Part shown: piece by piece, positions 24,044-36,586 of the stretch | How positions within the stretch are numbered: the stretch's first letter is position 1 | Layout: every line of letters begins with the position of its first letter | Assembly (NCBI RefSeq): GCF_964204865.1 | Contig: NC_135253.1 | Coordinates: forward strand, 6,324,001-6,388,000 | Length of the DNA: 64,000 bases | From: Styela clava | Taxonomy: Eukaryota | Reading direction: 5' to 3' | Notes under the pieces: model-generated | Seen by the model: only the letters and a program-made list of their open reading frames with translations | Database searches by the model: none | Told to the model about the DNA's origin: nothing | Program-made: the position numbers and the translations under genes

Positions 24044-26944
24044 TCATCTTGCTATGGCAGGTATGAAATATTGCAGAGATAATTCATCATGAAGAAGGAA
24101 AAATTGTACTATGGTCCCATCAACGATATCTGCAAAAAATGACATTTCATTTGTTATAGCACATGTCAAATTTGGGGAATTAAATAAATATTTAACAAAA
24201 ACTGAAAACTGGCCATTGCTCAAAATAGACACAAAGGCCAAAACAAGTAGTATCAAATCTTTTACACTGCAAGTAGTCTAACCACCAAATCACTGAGATG
24301 TGACTACGGTGCACAGTTTCCAATTTTAATGAGGCCATCACACAGAAATTTTTGAAATAAATAAAAATAATAGCAACAAGCTCTCACCACCTGAAATTTT
24401 AAAACAATTCGTCGAGTAGTTGAAGAGAAAAGCAAATTTTTCACAACAACAACAAAAAGATACATAGGTCAATTCATGTCCAAAAACACTTACTGCAAAT
24501 CACACGCTCTGGGTTTATAATCTGTCCTGCCAAAAACTGCAGAAATTTTTTGATATCTATTCTAGCACTGGCAAACTCATCAGGAGGCCAAGCAAGCCTG
24601 TGAGAGACACTTTGGACTTCTTCATCTTCCATGCGCACATCAGGGATATCCAGATCTTGAAAACTAAAAACATAAAAAATGTCTGCTTTTATTGTCAAAA
24701 TATCGGAAACAGCACACAAATTCGAGCTCGCACTTTGTCATGTATACCACCTACTATACTAGGGCTGCAGAGTCTAGGGCAGACAGGTGTGGGCACGGTT
24801 TTTAGATTAGGGGCCAATTTGCCCACCTAGACTGGCGGGCCATGTAAGTATGAGGTAAAGAGTTTCATTTTATGAACAATGTTTACAGTGTTACAAAAGC
24901 AACAGTGGAAAACAATAAACCTCATGCCAAAACTAAATTTAACCGCAATCTCAACAAATACCTTGAGTTATATTTAACTAAAACATCAAAGTTTGGTCGT
25001 GGCAGCATCGGACGGGCCGGATTTCGCTCACGGGCCATACTTGTCTGGTCTAGGACAACCAAACTCTGACCTCACAGCACTGGACTATACTGTAGATATG
25101 TCCTGGTGTCATTTTTAGCCAATCAATATCAAACCAAATATCTTCAAACGATCTATTGATGTCTTTCGTGACAAAAATGAAATGCAAAAAATTTTCGAGT
25201 TATTGTAATAATATTATTCAATTATTGTAATAATAGTCCTTGAAATATTAATCTGATGACTACATGTCAGGACAAATGTATACAAGAAAGCAGAAAACCA
25301 GACACATGATTGGCAGTTTCGGACATGCAGATACTTTGAAATAATATGTTGAACAGCTTTACCTAGTTTTCACTGTAACAAGATCTGTGTCAACTCTCAT
25401 CAACATCTCACCCTGCTGATTTGCAGCAAGAATCAAATATGAGCTGATGTTTTTCATTTTTTCCGCAATTGTCTTGACCTGATAACAATTATTTTTTTTC
25501 ATACAAATTGAAGATGGCATAAAAATAATTTTAGGCCCTATAAAAACTATATATGTATAAATTAATATGCAAATTCAGGCAGGCATATTGATTAAACACA
25601 CTGTTATTGGTATTTAAAACGATCTCACCATTTTCAATGGAGGCATAAATATTGTCACATGGTAGTTTGGCATATTTGGCTCTGCATAATCTCCCCACAG
25701 TCTTCTTGGTATTACTGTTACAGGAATATCATGTGTTACAGTCCGCGAGTCAGACGCTAGAGATGGCTGAAATGTTTTATTATATGGCAATTATCAATGA
25801 ATAAAGCCCTTTATGTCTTAAATTCTATATATCTTTACCAATTCAACTTCTAGTGATAGACATGGACTTTGTTTCTTCGTCAGTTTGATTTTTAATGCTT
25901 TTGCAGCTTGTGCAGATTTCAGTGCTCGACTTAAATTTTCTGCTACAACCTCAAGATAGATTTCATTGCAATCCTTGTTTACTCCTTCCATCTGGTATTC
26001 ATCAAAGAAGTTTTCCTAGAAAAATGCATATCGTTCAATACTCTGTATCCGGATAACTCAAGTTTGAAAAATTACTTTTTATATGAAAACAAAAATTAAG
26101 GCTTGGCGGTGTGGCGAATCGTGCTAAGCGTTAGGAATGCATTCGCACCTCTGATTACACTGCGTGTATCCGGGGATAGCTATGTGCGAAAGAATTGCTG
26201 AACTCCTCGCCGCCGTAGGGTGGTTCATGTGATCGGTTGCGGCTTCCTCCACCATCAAGTCCATGCTTCCGAAAATAAATAACTGGCTAACTAATCCCAT
26301 ACCCAACATGGATTGGTAACCGGACGAGAGGCCGATTAAAGAGTCTTTCCTCTACCCCGGGATAAATATGTAAATCCAAAAAGTAGAAGCTGATTGGGTG
26401 CCACTCTGACAATGATTGAGTTCCCTGAATGCTCAATTATCATTGAAATTGGCCAACACATTATATCTAATACGAAAACACATACCTGCTTGATTTCACA
26501 CCACATGCTGACCCCTCCATTAGAAACCTGATCTGGTAGAATGAAATAAACTTTTTCAGAAGTGAAACGGAGGGTGCATTTCTTTAAAAGTTTGGATATT
26601 GTATTCACAACTCCTGAAATACAATGCATAAATTGAATAATTCTAACTAACACTTACTTACTCACGGTATGTTAACCATGTATGGATGTACTAGCTCTCA
26701 CGGTTTTGATATTATATTATAGGGAAATATCCCTGAACCCGGTTTGAGTACGATACGGTACCGGTACCACACGCCTGACGGTACCGGTATCTAGACTAAA
26801 GTGTTAGTTTTATATAGACCTAGCCTACATAATTTGAAACTATGGGTAAATAGTTTACTTCTTTCCTTGAACAGCCTGGAAATAGTACTCACTTGTCAAG
26901 TGGTGCACACATCCGATATCAACAACTTTTGCTCGAAAACGCAT
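24044..26944 (-). CDS. HUS1: Checkpoint protein HUS1 (9-1-1 clamp), 7 coding exons, 288 aa
   Basis: Exons 26944-26893, 26613-26486, 26015-25839, 25766-25629, 25478-25363, 24663-24494, 24129-24044 (867 nt, in phase). [55 protein letters not shown]. Confidence 0.96.
26104..26376 (+). mobile_element. tRNA-derived SINE in HUS1 intron 2
   Basis: Starts GGCGGTGTGGCGAATCGTGCTAAGCG (A-box-like tRNA head); GC-rich body in an AT-rich intron; B-box not clearly intact. Confidence 0.55.
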
Positions 26945-27338
26945 CCTGTTTTAGTGACTTAAAAGCATAAGCGACTCGCAAATTCCACAATTGAACAAGC
27001 GCGGCAATGTGAATCGGGGGGATCCCCCATAAGAAAGTGTTAAGCTATTCTTAGTTGCCAGATTTTTATTGAGTTCATCCATGGAATTCTAACGATTGTT
27101 CTAATTGTCTTTGCATGAAATTCTTTATCGTGAGTTCTGTGTTGTAGGTGCAACGTAGTTCTATATAAAATGCCCGGTCATTTTTTCTTTCTTAGTTCTT
27201 CGGAAAATTGGAATGATGCGTTCCGCATCCTGAATATGTTCATAACTATAATTCGTATTGCTAAATTGTTGTTCGTGTTAGTGCAAAAATTTATATACGC
27301 ATTTTTGTTAGTTTCTCCGCAGTATTTTTGCTTCTTGT

Positions 27339-27724
27339 GCTGATTTCCCCGAAAATAAGACCTACACTGAAAATGAGACCTAGCCTTAATTTTAAAAATG
27401 ATTTTAATATAAGCCACCACCCCCTTCAAATAAGACCTGGTCAATAACGTGATTTTTTTTCGACCTACCGGTAGTTGATAGCAAGAAATTTCTCCTAAAC
27501 TTTTTGAATGATTGGTAATCCATGTTTTGCAGTTATTTTGCAGTTAAAAACGTGTTATTTAAAAGTAATTTGATATCGGTTTCATATTTGAAAATCTTGT
27601 AATTCTCTACTTCATAATTTTGTTTTTGATAAATGAAAATATAAGACATCCCCCTAAAATAAGTCCTAGTGTTATTTTTCGAAAAAAATGAAATAAGACC
27701 CAGTCTTATTTTCGGGAAACACGG
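27339..27724. mobile_element. Tc1/mariner (Tc2/pogo-like) MITE
   Basis: TTTCCCCGAAAATAAGAC...GTCTTATTTTCGGGAAACACGG followed by TA; AAATAAGAC subrepeats; second copy at 28773-29295. Confidence 0.75.
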
Positions 27725-28772
27725 TAGTTATGCATATCTATCCATCTAGGGCAGTGGTTCTCAAATCTTAACCTTTTTACTTTTGTGGCCAATTTTCGCT
27801 GCCCAAAAATTCTTGTGACCCATACATTTTTGCAAGTGATAAACTAGAAAAAAAATCCAAATCTTTCTGTAAAAATGGACACTTTCACTTTAATAATTAG
27901 AAAGAAACTTATTACTCAGAAAACAATCATTGTTAGTGCAATCAAAATTATTGATAGTGACATAAATCAACTGTGGCATTTTTTAATAGTTCTGTGGTCC
28001 ACCTAAAAATCTTTCCATGGCATGCTGAGTCGGTGACTTACTTGAAACAGAGAATTGTGATCTACAGCGGATAACCCATGTACTGGCATATATTTTCAAA
28101 ATAAACTTAATTTGCTCCGAGTAGCCCCAAATATATTGAAACCAAAATAACAGCATTTTACAAATATATGGACAGGGTGGTGCAGTAACTAACCGCAGTA
28201 TTTTTGTTGCAACAACACAAACTACTTCTTGTAATCCGTATTGAGTGATTCCATTCTCAAGCGCTTGGATTTATCTTGTTTCAATGACGTAATTACCATA
28301 AAGTTTCTTACTTACTTAGTAACCCATAACTACGTAATGGCGCAATAAAAAAAATTCTTTTCAGCTATAGGCTTTTGATAATTCATAGATACGATAGTAA
28401 AAGTGAATATATCGGAAAGAAGGAATTGAAAAAAATATATATCGCTAATCCCGCACCAAAGCAAATATTTGTAGATAAAATGTTATAGGTTCCCCATTAC
28501 GATAGCTGACAAATTTTGATTGTATAAGCCTGATCCTTTAATTTAAATTACAGTTTTTTTTTTTTGAATCAATGGGTGATGAACTCCACCAATTACAAAC
28601 TATGGGAACTGCTGATGGGAATATTTTTCGTTCCATAATCAGGAACTGCAATCGCTCCCGACTGGTTCCATTGAAGAAGTTTATGTAATTTCCCTTATAT
28701 TGGCTTTGCCAATACGCTTGGGTGAAAAGGTTTTCAAAACGTTTGATACCAGGCATTTAAAAAAACATACTA

Positions 28773-29295
28773 CCTTGTTTTCCCGAAAATAAAACCTAGC
28801 CTCAAATTTGAAAATGATTTTATAAGCCCTCCCCCTTAAAATAAGACATAGCGATAGTATCTTTTGACTTAGTCGATAGAAAGAAATCTCTCCCACGCGT
28901 TTTAAATGATTAATCTATGTATATGAGACGATAAGGTTCAATGAAGTTCTCAATCGATGAGACCTTTCATTGTCGACATGAAACTACAGGTGCAAAAATT
29001 CGACAAAAAATTCAATTAAATTAAATCTTCATTGGCATGCAAGACATTCCAGAGGATGGTGATATGGTTTATTTCAAATCAATCTATGTTTAGCAGTTTT
29101 TTTTTTTTTTAATAAAAACGCGTTATTTATAAGTAAAGGGATATCGGTTTCCATATTTGAAAATCTCGTTATTTTCTACTTTGTAATTTCGTTTTTAATA
29201 AATGAAATTGAAACACATCACCGAAAATGAGCCCTAGTGCTATTTTTTGGAAGATAATTGAAATACCACCCTGTCCTATATTCGGGGAAACACCG
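28773..29295. mobile_element. Tc1/mariner (Tc2/pogo-like) MITE, second copy
   Basis: TA|CCTTGTTTTCCCGAAAATA...TATTCGGGGAAACACCG|TA; shares internal sequence with 27339-27724. Confidence 0.75.
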
Positions 29296-29921
29296 TATGC
29301 TTATTTGCTGTTGAACCGCGTAGCTGAAATTGGAGATGTTTCTGATATAATCCACCCCGAAAACAAAAAAACCAGAAATCGTTGAATGAAATAGATGTTT
29401 ATCAGGGATACAAGAATTTAAGAATTGATGCACGACATTTCGCTGAATTGATACCTAGCGGTTATGAAAAAGTGATATCGCATCAAGTTATTTGTACATA
29501 ACCTCAAGGTATCAATTCACCGAAATGTCAGGAGTTTTATTTTCATAAAGAGAGAAAGTAAGAAGAAAATAAAAATAGAAAGATACGATACAAGTCGAAA
29601 CTCTTTTGTTTCGCAGCTAACTATCAGCTTATATTTTCGCAATATATATAGTTTCGACACTTGTGGCTTTAGTCGTCTGTGAATAAGTAGTTTCGGTAAA
29701 AACGAAGATTAACAATTTTTGCTTTTCATTTGTTGCTTCTGAAACTGAATGAGTTGAACTAAAATAGATCAACAAATTATAATATTCAACATTTACTTAC
29801 AAAATGTTGAACGAATTATGCCTAACTCGAATGCGATCTTCTTCGAAACCGCTTTTGAGCAATGTGTCACGCGCACTAAGCGTAAACATGAAACGTCGAC
29901 CATTACATCATCGCCTCTTCT

Positions 29922-30021
29922 GGGGAATTCTTCCATAAACGCCCCTTGTTGTAATTTCGAGTGAGAAACCCCCTTTTCTACAATATAAAAACCTCGATCG
30001 ACTTCTCGCAAAATTTCAGTT
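29922..30021 (+). promoter_or_regulatory. Putative TNFR core promoter: two kappaB-like sites, TATA box, Inr
   Basis: GGGGAATTCT 29922-29931; GAGAAACCCC 29963-29972; TATAAAA 29984-29990; TCAGTT 30016-30021; followed by ATG|GTGAGT at 30044. Confidence 0.5.
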
Positions 30022-30043
30022 CTACACAGTCACACAGTATAAA

Positions 30044-33000
30044 ATGGTGAGTACTGTACTTTAAAAAATTAAATATTTATGATTTTGATATTGTCTCACC
30101 ACTATCTTAGGCTAGGTTAGTTTATGGTAGGTTACGTTATTGCTGCATCCTCATCAATATTAAAAGGAAAAAAGTGGGGCAATATTAAAATCTGAAATAT
30201 TCTAACTAACCTACGATAGACGACACAATCAGAAAATAAGATATAAAAGTGGTGATGCAATAACAGTGCGAGACCGCACTTTTATATTTTTTTAGTTTAA
30301 ATGCCAACTCGCAATATGATCAGATATATTGAACTAATAGCTACAGGAAAGATATATTTCAGTAGGGACAAGTTTAATACCACTGGTGGTTCTGTAGTCT
30401 ATCTTACCGCCCTGACTTGTAAGAAATTTTGCGAGTCAAATGAGGTCTATTTTGTTATAACGATTAGAATATATTAGTAAATCTCGTTCTCAAAATTTTA
30501 AGAAATGCCTGTAACCGCTATAGAAATCGGGTAGAAATGAAAAAAAAAAAATTATATCGAATTACATCCCAAATGCGACATGTTTAAAAGGTGTATATAT
30601 TCGCATGGCATTTTTTTCCCGGACGAGAATATCCGAGGTAGATTGAGAATTAGTGAAAATGAGTTATTTATGTTTTTCTTATTGAAATCTATATCCCGCT
30701 TCTTGTTTTTGGCTTTGGCAATAATAGAATCTAATATCTATCTATATTCTATGATGACGATATTTTAATAGTAGGATTACCAAAAACGCAAAAGGCTTTT
30801 TAGATGACAATAGTATTTTTATTTCACTGAAATCAACAGCCTGCATACAGCAGATCCATTCAGAATCAAAACTAAGTTAGACTATGCCATTCTCAGGTTA
30901 GGAACTGTAAACTTAACGCTTATCAAATTCATGCAGTTCATGTAGTAAACAGGTGAAACTATACTTCGGCGACATAAAATTACTGGTAAAAATAAATTTG
31001 ACGTTTGATGGGAAACACCGATATATTTTGTGTGTTGAATGTATTAAGTAAATATTAATACGTATTTGCGCAACTAGGCTACTCTTGCGCAAGTAAACGT
31101 CACAGAACAAGCGAAAGTGTTTCGTCTGTTTCTGTCTCTGACGAAATATCATACCGAGGTATTTCTTACACTCGACGTAACGCTAGACTAAACTATTATT
31201 AATAAAAACTGTGGTGTCTGTTTTACACGGACGGAAAAGGCTTTATTGCGACCTCAACCTACGCGTGTGGTCGCATCAAAGATACCTGTTGTTGGCGACA
31301 TATTATAAGGTGCCAATCACTTTACTTCAGTATGTATCAGGGTGCTTCAATACGATAATCCTATTGTCTATATGTAAGGTGATAGGTAAAATAAACACCA
31401 GTGATATTTTTGTACCGTCTGGAAACTTACGAAAAATTTCTAGGTGTTATCTTTCTCGGCGGGCTTCGCATGACCGCGTGCTGTATCAATTGGGTACACT
31501 CAGCAATTTTGAAGGACAAATTATGGAAAGGGATTGTCGATCAATACACTGAAATTAGGCCTCTTATGTAAACGTAACAAGTTGTAATATCGCTAATTTA
31601 TTCATAAAATGAAACTACAAAAACAAAATTCAATTTTTACACAAAATATTAAAAAAGTTACATTTCATAAATATTGGATTTTATAAATAAAGATACTGAC
31701 GTAATAGTTTAACTATAGAAATAGGGTGATGCATTGCACCATCCTTTTTCAACGTCACAATTCAAATATTTGATAAACTGCACAAGTTTGAAAAGCACCT
31801 CGTGTAAATTCCTTATATTACAAACAATTGTGCTATGAATAAATATGTTATGTAATGTGCTATAAAATAGCAGTTGGACCCTAATATGTCATCCTGGTTT
31901 CAAACCTCAATAACATATCTTGTACCAACACGAAGGGTCGTCATAAATTTCGTACCGTAAGGTTTTTTTGCCTAGTTGTAGTCGCTATTCTAGATAATGA
32001 GTGTGTGTGCGGCAAGTCAATGCCCATGAAAAAGTAAACGGACCTCCTGAAGTATGCGCTCAAGATGGCGCACAATCTGAACTCAGGTTGTGTACCAGGT
32101 TGGGGTTCAGGTTGTGCGACATCTTGGTGCGCATACTTCAAGAGTACCGAGTAAATTCCCATTATAGGTGAATTTACACATGTATACAATTTGGTACGAG
32201 CGAGAAAACGAGCACCAAACAAACCATGGATTTTTGATTTTTAGTCAACGAATATTCATTTTGTGTATTTCAATACTTCAAAATGTATGCTGAATCGAAA
32301 TATTTTCATTTTTAGATAACCAAGATATGTGCCGCATTGTTGCTGTTATTCACTGTTGCAACACTTGTAGTCGGATATAGAAATGAAAATAACAAACGCG
32401 TAAAATGTGGTGAAAGCTCATTCTTCAACGCCACAAGACAAGCTTGTCAAGCCTGTGGTATATGTGAACCAGGTATATGCTAATTTTTGTTTGTAACTTG
32501 TACAAGCCTAGCGTCATATGACTCTACGTATTAGAGCCACGGAATGCTGAGACTTTATTTGATTCAGGTGAACCATGGTGTTTATACTAAGACAAAATAA
32601 ATGTCACGCGCTGAGAAATGACTTTGCAGTTTTTCTCGGTAGTCTTGTGATTCACAGATTGACGTCATTTGCAACTGATCTCCCCACAAATTCTCCCCAA
32701 ACTTATGAGCCATGAAAATGCAACAAAATTTCGATATCAATTATAATATGATATGACGAATACGACAAAAAATATTTTATTTTGACAAACTCAACAGGCT
32801 TTATTACGATGAAATGTGTGTGTATTATTGTTGTCTGATCTCGTTATCTGGTATTCATCAAAGGTACATACATCAAAAGAACCTGTAGCGGAACTCGAGA
32901 TTATCACTGCAAAAAATGTGAACCTGGACATTTTTCAACCAGATATACAAGATTGCCTGGGAAATGTCGAATGTGTAGTCGATGTGGGGATAGACCTGTT

Positions 33001-33992
33001 ATAAAACGATGTACAAAAACATCAGATACTGTATGTGGTGATTGTCCTTTAGGTAAGAATACTCGTTAATGCGAAAATCAATGTGACGTACAAACTTTCC
33101 ACACCAAAATCACATTATGACTTGTGTTCAGGCACTTTCATGTCGTTTGGACGATGCATTTCTTGTGGATATTGCTTTCCAGACTTTGGTATCGATATAC
33201 CAAGGGAGCCAGCTTGTGAAAAGCCTCAGATACCAGCTTCACACCGATGTACCGTGCTCATAGTAGATCCATATGATCCACCTTATTTAGTGTCGAGGGC
33301 AGATGATGATGGAAATCAATATTTTGTATCATGTGAGTATTTGAAAATAAGTGTTTGTTCAAAAATTCTTTTCTCTCTTTTATGCCCAAAGTTATTAATA
33401 TTCCATTAAAAGTTTTAAATGTTTTTTTTAAGGTTTATTCCGGCTTAAAGTGCTTTTAGTTGACGTGGAATTTTTTATGTAAAAACTGCTTCGTTTCTCT
33501 ATTTAAAAATATTATAGATTACATCTATTCCGGATTTGTAATTTTACAAGTATTTTCCTAACAGCTTACACTCTTTTGCCAAAAAAATCTGACACACCTC
33601 ATGACAACGCACGATTGTTGATCGACGATAAACAAACAAGTCAAGGAGAAAGCCACACGACAACGATACCAACAACAACAAAACGTGTAAACATGGTTAC
33701 GAGCGTATTGGCGAACATACCTCGGCACACCGCAAGAGAAATATCCAGTAGACTTGTAAAATATGGAGAAACTTCTTATGAATATTGGTTGGCTGGTGCC
33801 GGAATCATAATCAGTCTATGCATTGCTTTAACTCTTGGGTGTATCAGTGTAATCTACCGTCGCAGATTATCACAAACTGTGACTCAAAAACCTTATCGCC
33901 CGATTGTGAAAAATCGACAACAATACTACGCTCATTTTGTGGATGAACATACAAAACATAGTTTGAAGTCAGCTCTTTTAGACAATGCCTAA
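30044..33992 (+). CDS. TNF receptor superfamily member, type I membrane protein without death domain, ~325 aa
   Basis: Exons 30044-30046 (ATG only, GTGAGT donor; least certain), 32316-32472, 32864-33052, 33132-33332, 33565-33992; in phase (978 nt). Signal peptide ICAALLLLFTVATLVVG; TNFR cysteine-rich repeats (CQACGICEPG...CSGTRDYHCKKCEPG...CRMCSRC...CTKTSDTVCGDC); Thr-rich stalk; TM WLAGAGIIISLCIALTLGCISVIY; 44-aa tail. Confidence 0.88.
32040..32148. mobile_element. Short palindromic MITE (same family as 12478-12575) in TNFR intron 1
   Basis: GGACCTCCTGAAGTATGCGC...GCGCATACTTCAAGAGTACC; flanks AAGTAAAC/GAGTAAAT. Confidence 0.7.
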
Positions 33993-34768
33993 TATCAAGC
34001 CTCAATAGAGTTTTTCGTTAATACTTTCTTGGGAGAAATTTACTAACAAAGTGACCATCAATGATGGAACCAAATGGAATGAAATTATTTCAAATGAGTT
34101 CAATATATTTCTGTTCGAATTGTGCAAAACCTTTTTTTATATTTGGGAAGAATATATTTTAAAACGCCTGCTTTCATAAAGCACGTCTTCGAAACAGAGA
34201 ACTACGGTAGTTATTTAGTGACCAGGGTTCATTCAGCCATTCAGCTCAAAATTAGAAAATAGGCTAGTTGAGTACTGATGCCATTTGTAGGTGTATGCCA
34301 GTAGCCATTGAGAAAGCAGTAAGAGTAACCCTAGTTCATCATCAGTTGTTCCGTATACGTGTACGCTTAATCTACCAACAAAAAGTTTATTTTGGTACCT
34401 TATATTTATTCTAAATCACAAGCAAGAAATAAGTACAAAATATATACAAAGGCGAATGTTGTGCTCACGCAATTATTTTTAACAAAAAACAAAACAAGCT
34501 GAAATATAAAAAAAAAACGGTTTCTATACTAAGAATTATAAATCACAAGGGTATTTTTTAAGATCTCTGTTAAGTTATAGCGATTTCGACTTGGTTGAAA
34601 TATTTCAGGAAGTAACGCAGGCAGATGATTTAATAGCTTTCATGTGTATTGTAATAACGACCCCATAAGATGAGTAAGCTTTATAATATTTAGCAACTAT
34701 GTTGTTAGTGACAAAGTGTCCTGTTAATTTTTTTTGTCTTGACAACCGACCAAAACAGCATAACAGTT

Positions 34769-36586
34769 CTACTGTCTGAATTGTCCCAGATAAAAAACTC
34801 CAAAAAACGATTTGTCGTCGTTCATGTCGATTACAATTCCACCCCTCGTTGGATGGACAGACAAAAGATCATCTGGTCTGAGATAGAAAACACCTGCCGT
34901 ATAACTCGATTCTTCAGATAGCACTGGTCTGCCAGGACGTAATCTGTCAGAATGAATGAAATCTAATAAAAAATACGGTTCACTTACACAATTTGCAAAA
35001 AATATCTCCCGAACTAAACATAAAGTCATACAGGCTTCTTACATTTTCCAAGAATTCGAGCTGGTAAGTAAAGTTTTTCTCGTATCTACGCCATTAACTG
35101 TTGTTGTTACATCTACAGTGTGTCCAGCCGGAAATACGCCGTGTGTATGATATGTTACCTGTTAATTCAACGTGAAAATAATACAGGATTACAAAAATAT
35201 TACTGGTCTTTACTATATAATGTTTACATTGAACAGAGATAAAATCAACGGTTATTCGAAATTGTACCGTACTTGACTATACACATGATATAATCCTTCA
35301 GTTGCTATTCGTATGTACTGAATTCCATTGTTTCCGCTGTCATATCTAGTTTCCATATAACATATACTGTGTGGTTCCAAGTCTGGCTCCTTCCAAAGCA
35401 TGCAATCATTTTCTTAATAAACAGTTTATTGTTAATACTTCATATATTGATGGTACAAATACACAACGCTATTTAACATAATAGTTAAATACGAATCAAA
35501 TTTACCAGATTATTTTAAATAGTACACAAAATATATTTTTGATTTCTACTTGATCTAGGTCTTTGCCTGGGGCCATCTTCACTGAAGATTTCTGGTCCTT
35601 GTTTTCCTTCTAAGTGACACGGTCCCACAGTCAACTTTTTGTTACCTATCATAAAACATAATTTTAATTAAGTGATGTAATTATTATTATTACATGATTA
35701 TTTTACAAGTAATTTATTCTCATATTTTATATATAGTTTTTACATTTTTTGTCTCTTTTGCATCTGTTTATTCCTCGTTTTACCCTCTTTATTTCAACTG
35801 AATTTTCTTTTTCTTCAATTACATCGTCATATGAGATGTCGTCAATCGATGATTTTTCATTCTGTAATGTAATCGATTCGTGACCGTTGAAATTGCGTGA
35901 TATTCTAATGTTTATATTGGAATATAAAGCAATGAATAGTATTTTCAACAATTTACTTATCTATTTTTTTAACTGAATAAAAATAACAATTGAACTTTTA
36001 AAAAGAAAAGGACATGGATGCCTACTGTTCAATGTAATTGTTACCTTTCTTGGCTGATATTATTTGCTTTTGCTGGATGGATGGAATTCGGACGCCCACA
36101 CGGAGACAACCGCATATCACAATAAAACGTGAATAGGCCACACATGATGCACCAAACCTATATTTCCTATTTATTTTCTACCTCGTTTATGGCATCATCA
36201 TTTAAGTCTGCTTGGTGGTCATACATTTTTTCCGGGGAGTTTCCATATTTGGTATTTACTTCAAGCAGATTTTGTACAAGTTCCGTATTTATTTTCAAAA
36301 GCCTTCTTTGTTCTTGAAGCTAAAAATATCAAAAAAGGAAGTTTTAATAGAAGAATTTTTTAGCTCTTCCTCTTTTCTCCAAACGCCCACTCACCTCACA
36401 CGAAAGCTCTATAACTTTGTATGCCACACCTGAAATAAGTAAGAACAAAGAACACCACAATATGATGATGAATATACGTGGGCGAGCGGTACTTTTCCGT
36501 CCACACAAAATTACATCCTTGCGTGCTTTGACCAGCTGCTCTCCTTTCTCAGAAATGTTCAACGGGGTATTTCCTTGGGGGCTCAT
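34769..36586 (-). CDS. TNF ligand superfamily member (type II membrane protein; EDA/BAFF/Eiger-like TNF homology domain)
   Basis: Exons 36586-36395, 36319-36182 (or 36260), possibly 36157-36045, 35904 (or 35862)-35744, 35645-35550, 35412-35273, 35158-35043, 34943-34769. N-terminal TM IFIIILWCSLFLLISGVAY; furin site RVKR; TNF-domain motifs CHLEG, MLW, EGLYHVYSQVTY, SSYTAGVFYLRPDDLLSV, DKSFFGVFYL. Confidence 0.88.
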
